Source: a virus. From it: a stretch of 64,000 nt of DNA. This document shows, one piece after another, positions 30,101 through 42,100 of the stretch; position 1 is the stretch's first letter, and the number at the start of each line of letters is the position of its first letter. The DNA lies in IMG/VR virus record IMGVR_UViG_3300021142_000012, positions 44,266-108,265 of that record; one strand, given 5' to 3'. The notes beneath the pieces are model-generated. The model was not told where the DNA came from, did no database searches, and worked only from the letters and a program-made list of their open reading frames with translations. The translations under genes and the position numbers were made by a program.

Positions 30101-33100
30101 CGAAATACTATGTGCAGTTCCTAACGCTGAACTTGCTGTAACTGTAATTGTTGGAGCAATATCTCTTGGATTGTATGTATATTGTAATGTTGCACCATCA
30201 CTAGTATAATTTTCAGTATACAATTGACTATAATAAACATTCAATAATGTACCGGCTGTTGGAGTGTACGGCAATGTAAATGAGTGTGTATTTGCGGCTA
30301 CCTGTACTACATAGTCTGTAGATGTGCTGTCAATACTATCCCACTTGTCTGAATAGTATGGTAAACTTCCCCAACCAGAGTTAATTTCAAATCCAATGGC
30401 ATCGACCACAACACCACCATAATCAATACCTGTCATTAGCTGTGCTAGATCTTTACCTTGCTGACCAGATTGTGGGTTATAAAGAAACTGTATACGATCA
30501 GCGGCATTTAATAAGGACCAATCTGTTTGATAGTTTACGGTTATTGTTGCTCCGTTAGCAGGAGCGGTTATAAATGTAACTGTACCATAATAATTAGTAT
30601 AGCCTCTAGATGTGTCACTAGTAATTGCTAGAGTATATAAGTCTCTTAGGACAGGAGTAGCGTGTTTGCTACCTGGCATGGTAATAGTCACTGTGCTATT
30701 TCCAATAGAAATATTTGGTGCCCATGCTAGCGCAAATTGTACACGCGAACCTGTGCCTGTAAATGTTTCAGTATGTGTTAAACCAGTTATCAAATAATTT
30801 TGTGTTATTCGATCAAATTTAATTCCAATAGTATTAGTACGTATTACACTATTTCCAATAATTGCAACAACTTTAGCCGGTGTGCCGCTTACATCATAAC
30901 CACCATTAAGTGTAACTGTAGGTGCTGCTAGATATCCTTTACCGCTAGCACCATATTGATCAACATTAGTTAATTCTATTCGATTAACTTTACCATTCGC
31001 TATAAAGGCACGTGCTTTTGCACCGGCGCCAACCGGACTAGTAAATTCTACTGTAGGTTCGCTGATATATCCACTGCCACCGTCGACTATTTTAAGATCA
31101 ACTACACTAAATCCAACATTGTCTAGCCAATTTTTCCAAGGATATGTTGTTATTAAGTTATTATCAGACGTAATAACACCATTGCTAAATCCAGTATTAA
31201 TTCCCTGGAATAAACCATTAGCATATGTTCCAGGAAGATCAAAGTCAGTAATCATATTCTGATCAAGTTCAATACTATTATAGTTACTGACATATTCTCT
31301 AATCTTAGATCTGTAAGGCTTAACTTCGTTAATATAATCTTCAAAGTTACTTAGATTGTCAGGTTGATATGTAACAGGTTGATTTAGACTACCAACATTG
31401 TGCTCTGCCTTGATAAAACTAGTTTTAAATATCCAATCTAACTCAGTCTGTTCACTGAATGCATAACGTACATTATAGAAGAATAGATCTAGATAATTTT
31501 TTCTTAAGTCATCAATTAAAATATTATTTTTTATTGTATTAAGAATTATTCTTAATTCTTTAGTAGCAGTTAGATCAAAATTATTACCGTCATATAATGA
31601 ACCGTCGTAACCGTAGACTGTATCGGTAAATTCATATAATGCCGAACTAAACTGAACTGTTCCGTTTTCAATACCTATTACATTATAGCTTTGTGTGTAG
31701 TCGATACTAGTACTGTTAGCATATTTTTGTAATAGAGTCCAACCACCCTTATTATTATTTTTTACCTTAACAGTATCACCAATAGCTGGAGAAATTGTTG
31801 CTAGATCTGTAAATGTATCGACAGCAAGTGTAGGACTAGAATTTTGATTGAATCCAGTTGCATACCAATCAATATATGTTCTGTATTTTCTTACATCATA
31901 ACTTTGTGTTCTAACTCTTGACCAAGTCTGCGTTGTAATGTCGTATCCATAAATGCTCCAAGATCCGCCAGCCTGGGTATCTTGATGTACTAATATAGAA
32001 TATGTTCTTGTAGTTAAAAGAGTATTGCTGTCATAACCTTCGCCCGCAGCTATAACTGTAGCGCCAGTAATTGCACCTGTGGTACTATCAATAGTTGCAC
32101 GTAAGACTGCACCATCACCACTACCAATCACAGAGATATAAGGGGCTTGCAGATATCCGCTACCGGCAGTCACTATGTTAATGCCTGTAATTTTTCCATC
32201 TACAATTATCGGAGTTAATTTAGGCGTAACAAAATTTCCTATATTAATGTAAGATAATTCAGTATCAGTATCTTTTACAGCATCATACTCGCCAAGGATA
32301 ATATTTGGTTCTGTTTCATATGTGTCCAACGGTGCTATATTTTTTTGTTCTGCTATTTGATTAGCTGCCATTACTAAATTTGTTTGCTCGATTACTTGCT
32401 TCAATGCTTCAAATCGATTTAAAAACATACTTTGACGAGGTTGGAATTCTATACCGTATCGAAGTTTAGGTGGCAGACTAGTATCAGGAACTTCTCTATC
32501 AGTAGCGTCCTTACCACACAAACTATCAATCCACTTTTCTTCAATACGTGCTGGTAATTGTGTAGTCGGGTCATTACTAATAATAGCATACTGACGGTGT
32601 ATATTTCGTTGGGTTGGTTTGTCTATGGTCCAGTACTCTACAGATAATACTGCATCAGTATTTTTTAATAATGTTTTAACATTAGCCAATGCAAAGCTAT
32701 TTGGACCAGTGAGAGCAAGGAATTTGTAGCCTTCGCCTCTTGGATTTGCAATTAAATTTGAAACACTTTGCGCACTTACACTACGACCTAAAACATTTGG
32801 AACTGTAGTTTTATTTTTTACCCAGAAATAATATGTGTTTTTTGCACTATTACTAATGTTATCATATTTGGTTACAACACTATAGATCGAAGTATTGTAT
32901 AAAGTTTGACCGCTAATGCCTTGAGTTAATCCTGCATCTGTATCAGCTAGGCTATTCCATCTATCAGGTGTATATGTAGTTCCAACCCATTCATAGATGT
33001 CAATGCTTGCTCCGGGGAATAGTGTAGACCAATTGCTTGTTCTGTAGGCAACATCAACGTCATGACTATCAATAAATTTAGCTGTGCTAAGATCCCACCA

Positions 33101-36100
33101 TAACTGACCTACTTGCGCCGAAGTCCATGCCATTCCTGGTCTTACATTTACTGTAGAATCTCCCTGACTATAAATTGCAGGATCATTAAAAGATTTATAT
33201 TTAATTTCTTGATCAGCAGGACCAGGAATACGACCCTGTATCGGATCTATAACATCAAGGTATGTTAATACTTGATTTGTGCTTCTATCATATATAAAAG
33301 CACGTTTGATTTTACTAATGTCAATTTTTGGTTCTTCTAGATGAATCGGATTCCATGCAAATGTATTAGCAGGTTTTGTATACTCAAATAATTTTCCATT
33401 AGCTATTGTGCTAGTTCCTGTAATTATTATGTTGCTTACTGTTTGACTAATGCTAACTAAATATCTTCCAGAATTACCACTGACTATTGTTGTGCCTGGC
33501 GCAAGTCCAGCACCGGCTAATGTCATACCTACCACTACTTGTCCGGTGGTTACTGAACCAACTGTTAGTATTGTGCCAACAATAGAGCAATTATTTAATA
33601 CCGCAGTGATAGTAGCACTTGGTGCACCTACTACTATGTTATATGTACCGATAGCTATACTCTGACCATATTTACTATTGGATGAAGTTGCGTTTTCTAG
33701 TATTTCTCCGATAGTAAATTTTGTTCCAGTCGCAGTGTCAGCATCATATACAGCAATACTACCAGAGTTTGATTCAGTATGTCTGAAGCGTGTTGCATTG
33801 CTATCAAATACTGTGTTACCTTTATCAAATGTTGTAGTAATTTGTGCATCTGCATTATTACTATAGACTACTAATGTGTCTGAAAAATAACCAAACGCCA
33901 ATTTATAACCAAACTGTCCTTGATTTTTAGGTTTAATATTGAACAGTGATTGATACGATAAGAATTGTGAACTTGCTGTATCATAGTAAAATATTTGTAC
34001 ATTTCCTGTGCCATCGAGCGGACTACCAATTGCTAGATATTCTACAAATGTCTGTGATTGTCCTGCTTGTAAAGTAAGCGAACCACCATATGTAGATAAT
34101 GCTACAGACGTTGCATACCCATAGGTTTTGCCGGTAATTATTTGGCTTTGAGTCCAGGACAAAGTTGCGGTATTGAATCGGAATACTATCGCAGCCCCTG
34201 GAGTAGTTACTAAAGTAGCACCAGAATTAACAACAGTGCCCGGTGCACTAATTACTAAAGAATTACCAATACCGCTAGTGTTAGTGGCTAACGAACTACC
34301 AAAGCCATATAAGCTAATTGGTTGATTATTTGAATCAACAGTTGGAGCCGAGAAAGAAGAATCATATGCCCAGCCTGGTATTGTAAAATATAAGATTCCT
34401 GTCGGTGTAATATCAGGAGCAGCACTGATCACTACCGAGCCAGCACGCACAGTCGGATATAACGGATTCTGCAAAATTTGTGTTACTGTCTGGCTGGAAG
34501 TAAATGCATTTCCGATAGATGCCACACCATTAATTGTTGTAGCATTACTTACTAGCATGCCTGGAACAATATTTGTAGTATCTGATACTCCTATAGTACT
34601 ACCAATTGTTGCATAGGCGCTAGCACCAGTACCAGTCGTACTTGAGAATGTTACTAATGGTAATGCTTTTTTATCGTACCCAGACCCTGGGATTACTACA
34701 GCAATAGAGACAACTCCAAAGAATAAATCAAAGCTAGCACTTGTACCATTACCGCCAGTAACTGGAACATTTTTGGTCAATGGTGTGTGCCCAATACTAG
34801 GTGCAACTGTAGCAGCTACAGTATATGCTCCGGGATTATAAATTACTGCTGATGTTATTGTACCATTAGTTCCAATCGAAGCTACTCTGATTGTTGCTGC
34901 CTGACTATACGTACCGCCAACTACTGTAAGTAAATCATTAACATGATATCCTGCACCGGTTGAAATAATGTTAATACTAATCAGACCAATTATTGAAGTA
35001 GCCTTTGCTGGGATGCTACCAGACACCGTGCTAGCTGCTATATTGACTGTTGGATTTGTAGTGTATCCACTACCGGCATTAGTTACAATAACAGATATTA
35101 CTGAGCTATCACTACTGCTACTTGCATTATAGCCAGCGGTAGTTTGTATAGCGTTTTCATATTTAAATTGATAAACTTTACCTACTCCACTATTTGCTCC
35201 CGGTGCTCCGACAAATAAACTGTATGCAGATTGTCCTGTTGCAGATGCATGATTAACAAACGCTAGGCTAGCGCCAAATCTTTCATTAGATATCGGATTA
35301 GGACTAAGAATAGTGTCTACTAAGGTAAAGATATTATTACTATCTTTCTTATAGATACTGACTGCTCCCTGAGCTGTTAGACTACTGTTTGTTCCTGTAG
35401 AGTCCACAGGAATGTATTCAATTATAGTCCAATAGGTCGAGCCACCTTGGAACTGCAAGGTACCGTATACTGTTTGAGTGATATTTGTGTTTAAAAATAC
35501 TGTAGCACCATTTACATTTACTACAGTAGTTAAAGCTGGAATTCCAACTCCGATAACCTGCTGTAAAGCTGCGATGTTACCCACTACACTAGATACTGAT
35601 ATTTGATTAAGACCAAAAACTACAACAGAATTAACTACACCGGTAGTAGAAGAACTAATTCCTATTGCCGTTCCATTAATACCGGTAACTGTAGTTCCGG
35701 TTGGTATGCCAAGTCCAGTTACTGATTGTCCTACTAGAATGTTTGTGTTATTAGAAACTGTAATAGTATTAGATCCGCTAGTTGCAGTTGTTTGTTTTGC
35801 AATCGTAGCAAACGTTCCAGTGCCACTGACTGTTCCTGTCACTTGTTGACTTAGGAATAAAATATATGAATTACCAGCAGAGTTTAAAGTGCTACCAGTT
35901 AAAGTAGCACCGGTAGGAATATTAACTCCAATAACTGTCATTTGATTACCGATCAGTAATCCTTGTGTCGAAGACGAAACAGCGATTGTATTCGCACCAA
36001 ATAGAATTTTTCCAGTCGGTTGTCCGTATGTAGGAGTGTCTAAAATTATAATCTTGTTAGTTGCATCTATACTAAGAACTAGTGTAGCTGCCGTGATTCC

Positions 36101-39100
36101 CTCACCTTGCACTAACATTCCTGGTATTATTCCTACAGTACTATTGACAACAAGCGAGGTAGTCTGAAACACACTATTACTGCCAATAGTTACAAGAGCA
36201 CCGCCAAATGTAATTACAGTAGTTGCGGTAATCGATGTAACGGCATTACTCAATGTCAAGGTAGCAGTATTGTTAGAATTTATTACTACAGTAGAAATAA
36301 TAGTAGCAGTCGGAATACCGATACCACTAACAGTTTGCCCAACATATAATCCAGTAGTTCCATTTACAACAATTCGTTGTACTGCTGTGAACGCTGTTGT
36401 TGGGCTATAGTTTACAGAATACCATGTTCCTGTTGTACCGACTACTGAAGCAGAAATATTAGCATATACTACAGTTCCGCGAGCTGTTGCTGTTACTACT
36501 GGAGGTGTATTTGTTGTAACGTTCTGTGTAGCTTGATAATAAATTCCGTTATAGCTTATTATATCTTTTGTACTATAAGTGCTTGATTGTGACCAACTAC
36601 CTTTCCAGTGACTGGCAGCATAACTAGCAGCTGGAGATCCTACTGCTAACCAAGTTTTATCATAACTTAGTGCTAGCACTTCTCCAATAATACTACTGGC
36701 ATTTGGATTACCTCCAAAACTATCATTATTTGCAATAGTTGGTATAGCTATCGATTCTCGCTGAGTCCAACTAGTAGCCGAGGTTATAGGTTTATCCCAT
36801 ACTAGTATCTGTCCTGCATTAGTCATGGAAATTAATAAAAGACCATCTTGACTTAACGTTGCAGAGCGACCAAGCCCTAGTCCATCACTAGGATAACCAT
36901 AATCTATTTCTGATAGATTATAGACTGGAATGTTTTGCCATACCGACCATAATTTTTCTCCGTTAAATGTTGCGGAGTCGACCCATACTAACTCACCTTT
37001 TTTAATGTCTTGCAATAATCTTTGATCACCACTATTAATAGTAGTAGCTCTGTTGCTAGTTAAAATAAAAATTATTGCTCTATGCTGTTCAGTAAATGGT
37101 ACGGCTGGCGGATTAGCTAGATTAGGAGCAGAAACTGTAATTGTTACATTGTCAACTGCTACAATTTGATAAAAACCGGCAAATCCAGTGACTTCCTTGA
37201 TCCCAATATATTCGCCAGCTAATAGAGAATGATCAGAATCTGAAGTAATAATCAATTGATTTTGAGAATACGTGATGTTTACAATATTAATGTTAGCCAA
37301 TGTCATTCTATATACATTCCAGCTAACACCTTCAAATCCAATCCAAATATAGTCTCCGGAGTAAAAATTTGTAATGTCTTGTGATGTTATGTCGCTAAGG
37401 TGTGCGAGAGTTACCTTAACCTCACTGGTTCTTACAAATCCTGCAGTTCTTAAAAAAGAACGATAATTGTTTACTAGCGGCCATGGATTACTATTATATC
37501 CCATGGGTTTCAAATATATGTCAGTGGGAACCTGGCGTATAATTAAATCATTGTATGGCGGACTTAATGTTTCATCTAATTCAAATCCTTGTGGATTTGT
37601 TTTAAATAAAGATTCATCTAAGATAAATTCAATATTTTCGTATGCTTTACTGGCGCCGTATTCTCCAAGTCGAACTGCCCACTCTTCATAGAATGTTAGA
37701 CTTTCTAAATTGTCGGCACTTAGTACATTGAACAATTTATTAAGAACATTTTGTGTACCTTTTTCACGAATCATTCCTTGGAAGAATTTAAATTCGCTTA
37801 CATCGTCTTGTATAATATTATCTAGGTACTGACGCTTCTGATAACCAATCAGATGCTGTGCAACTTTCTGTTGACTAGCATCAAAGTTATCACTATCTAA
37901 GCTATAAAAATCTGTAAATTGGCTGGCTTTGTAATTCCAGTTAGGTAACAGTTTAGCAGTTGGTTTCGCTGCTAGCTGTACCCAATTAACCGTACCGTCG
38001 GCGGCTTTTATATTAAATTTTTCTGATCCAACTACTCGTTGATCAGCAGTATAATAGTATTCTTTGTATTTTACTACATCACCCAATGCATAGTCCTGCC
38101 ATGCAGACCAATTTTGTATTATCGCTTGATCATAGATAAATCCAGGAATATCAAATCCGCCGTACCAATTAGTGCTAACATATCCGGATACTTTAATACG
38201 CTCTTGACGATAACCTGTTTCAGGATTATAAATTGTATCATTGAATAATGTAGAATTATCTAATAAGATAATCTGCTCTTTTTGTATAAGATAAAAACTT
38301 GCTCCATAGATTCCATCTGCTGTGGTGGTCTTATATGTTGTCGCATTATCTTTTCTGTATAGATTGATAAAATTTGGTTCGAGCGGGGTGCCGTCTACTT
38401 TAAATATTTCATAGGTGTTGAATTTATTTTGAATACTATCAGCAACGGATAAGGTTGACGAAAATGTAATCGAGTCCGCAGCAGGGCTTAGACTAATAAC
38501 ACTACTACCGACTCCGCTTAATCCATCTAATTTAACGTATTTTGTATAGTCAAAAGATGCACTTGGAGCTACTAGTTGTATAGCTTGATAGTAGTCGCCG
38601 TTGTATTTTACAATCGCCTGATAAGCTACTGGTTGATTAGGAATCCAATCTGCCCATTTATCCTGACCAGTTGACCAGTTCTGTGTTGTCCAGAAGATAA
38701 ATTCTTTTGCACTAGTTTCCCAGTTAGTTACCGCAGCAAGATTGCCATTAAAATTATCAAAGATAAATCCTTGATCTTTTAAGTATTCTCCGTAGCCTAA
38801 AAGAAAATCTACAACTTCTTGTATAGTTAAAAAATCAGTACCATAAGGAACAGTTATTGGATTGTTACGATCCCATTTTGTTCTAATAATTGCATCAACA
38901 CCGCCGACTATTGGCAGGCTACCGAGTAGTGAATAATACTTTATTTGAAACGTAGTCTCGGTAGTATGTGTTGAAATTACACGATAAAATTGTTTGTTAT
39001 AACTAACTACCTGTCCTGAGATATATTGTTGGTATGCTGTCCAAACAACATATCCTTCACTTATTCCGCCAATATTAACAGTGGCTCCTGATCCAAGATA

Positions 39101-42100
39101 TGGATAGTACTTAAAATACGGCTCCGTTTGACTATAGCCCGTAACTTCAAATCTATCCGATAATTTGTTTACAATAACTGCACTATAGGTTATTTTCTTT
39201 ACTGGACTTGAACTGTTTAATATAATTGTATAATTTTCTTGAGGAACAAATATGCTACCAGTACTCAACGGAGTTCTACTATCTAACAATAAATTAAATT
39301 TTTCTTTGCTAGTAAATGCACCAACTCGATAGCTTAACTTAGCTACCATATTTTTTAGATCGTATTGATAAGATTTATAACTTAGTAAGGTATCACTTAG
39401 AATATAATTAACAAGATAGTTAATTAATCCTGCCGTTGAAGACACGCTAGTACTAGAATAAATGTTAGGTAATTGTATATCTGTTGGACGAATTCTTAAT
39501 CCAGTATTGCTGTAAACTAATTGTCCTGCTAGGTTCCTTACTATTCTTGATCGATCCAACAGCACGCCAAATGTTTTTGCTGGCTGCAACACTAGAGCTG
39601 TGCGTATAACACTAAATGCATAATGGCTGCTTCGACGCCAAGCTGCTTCAACTGGCCCAACATCTCCGAATACATAATCTGCATCTGTAAGATTTGTGTT
39701 TACTCCCTGTGCAACACCCGCCAAATACGGATTGATAACATTGCCTTGATCATCAACTGGAATATGTGCTAGCAAATAGGGTCTAACAAATTTTGTAATA
39801 ACATATGGAGCACCACTTGGGTCTTTGACTAGTCCGGCAGCAATGTCTTGCCACATGACTAAATTATCATTAGTATACGGTGCTGGACCATAAAGTGTAA
39901 TCCACCAAGTAGGTTGATCAGTAAATCCTAACATTTCCCACGGTGCTTCACTTGGTCTATCTGTGTCATAGATCCAACGATAGATACCTCTCCAATATCC
40001 AGGAATATCTCTGCCATCTGGAGCATAATGCCCGCGATAATTAAATGTTAATGGATTGTTTCTATCATAGCTGGCAGGTTTAGTAAAGTCTCTACCAATG
40101 TTGCCGACCCACTTGTAAAAGTTTGGTGCTAGTGCTTCGTTAAATTCTGTTAGACTATAGTCGTTTGTTCGGTTATAGCTAGGAATTAAATCATGTATAT
40201 CAAAAATTTCACTATCATACTTTGCTTTAATATTATTATAGATACGCATTTCTAATTCTAGAATAATCGCATCTCGATAATCGCCAAAGGCTGCAACTTG
40301 ACTGCCATCGTGCCCTTGAATAACTAGCGTCGGAGTTATAAGATTGGTTTCTAAATAAATCTTAGGCTGATATTTTGGCCATAGTCCTAATTTAGTCGGA
40401 GTCTCTGGTATGAAGCTTCCGTTTGTATTTTCATATTCGTAAGTAGTGATAATGTCGCCATTTGCCAGTGTTGCTGTTATAACAACAAATCCCTGAGGAT
40501 CAAACGTGTAATCTCTACCGTATAATAATTGGACATTGTTATGATAAACTAGAACTGATTTAGTTGATAGTTTATCAAGTGAGAATGGATTACTTAACGG
40601 ATAATTTTGTATTCTATAGTCTACAACTTTTAAATCTCTACGAATCGCAGCACCGTACGCTGCCATGTCACTGAAATAGTACGGACCTGTTTTAGCCTTA
40701 TCTTGATTAATACGTTGTAAAATAGTATTAACCTGTACTACAGGATCTGCATCAATTCCAAGATTAGTAGCTGCTGTAATAAAGTTTCTCTTAAAACTTT
40801 GATAATCATCTCTAGATTTTTCAATAGCTTTAATAATATTATTAGCTTCGGTTGAAATATGATACAATCCTAAACTTAAAGGACCGCTATGCTGTACGAA
40901 TTTTGTACCATACGCAGTTGAATCACCAATATCTCTTAGATTGCCTGCGCCTGGATAACTACCTACAAATGTTAGAGAGTTATCTACAATACTTGAAACA
41001 TGATCAATTACTTCGCCAAGTGTAAAATTTGAAATTGTATTATTAAAAGGATTATTTTGTAAATTAACAGGAATTTCATAATAGCCATTACTATTAATAG
41101 GTTGAGCAGCATAGGCTTTAATTGTTACTATTTGTGTCGGTAACGGTGGATAGATAAAATGAATTTGTTTATATACTGTTCCATTATGTATTGACCATAG
41201 ACTAGGATCTACACGATACCCGTCAACATATACATGCACCACTAAATCATTAAGATTGGTAATGTTGTCAAAAATATCTAAAGGAAAATCATTTAAGATA
41301 TTACTGTTTTTATAAATTCTAACAGCAGCCTGTATTGTAGGAACTGCACAAGTCTTCCATCCGTTTACATAACTTAATTGCTGTGTATATCCAGTTTTTA
41401 CTAGATAACCAGTATCAATATTAATTGTAAAAACATCGCTAGTAGTTTTATAAGTAAACGAATCTGTTGCTAGAGTAAAATTAAAAACTATGTCGCCAAT
41501 ATTATCAATATTTTTATAAGCAAGTGGAAATCCTAATGCAACATCATTAGAGCCGGTTCCTACCCCATAAGAAAATATTGTTGTTCCCTTAAAGGTCGAA
41601 CCAAGATACGCTGTCGGGTCGCTAAAGGACACCTTGTTGTTGTCAACTATATCAAATAACGGTGCTTGATTAGTGCGTGTCTTTTGCTGTCCAGCGACCC
41701 ATGTAGAACCATTATACCAATACATCTTACTTTGATTTAGGTTACCACTCTTAACTAAAATTGTATTATTTTCTATTGGTGTTTGTGTAGGGACTAAATG
41801 TATTTGTCGTTGCGCACCAACAATAATAAAATCAACTGTGAATACTTGATTTTTTACTAAGACATCAGTATCAGCAATAAACAGCACACGATGTCCTTGA
41901 ACTAGAGGTACGCCGTCTACAATATAACCAACGGCACCTTCTATGTTACTCATAGCATCAGTAGTAACTGTATCAATTACATCAATATCATCATCAATAG
42001 CAACGTTACCAAAATTAAATAATTTTAAATCTGCTTCAAATTCTATAATTGGTCTAATCGCGCGACTTTCTTGATTTAATTCTGGAACATTACCATTGAT

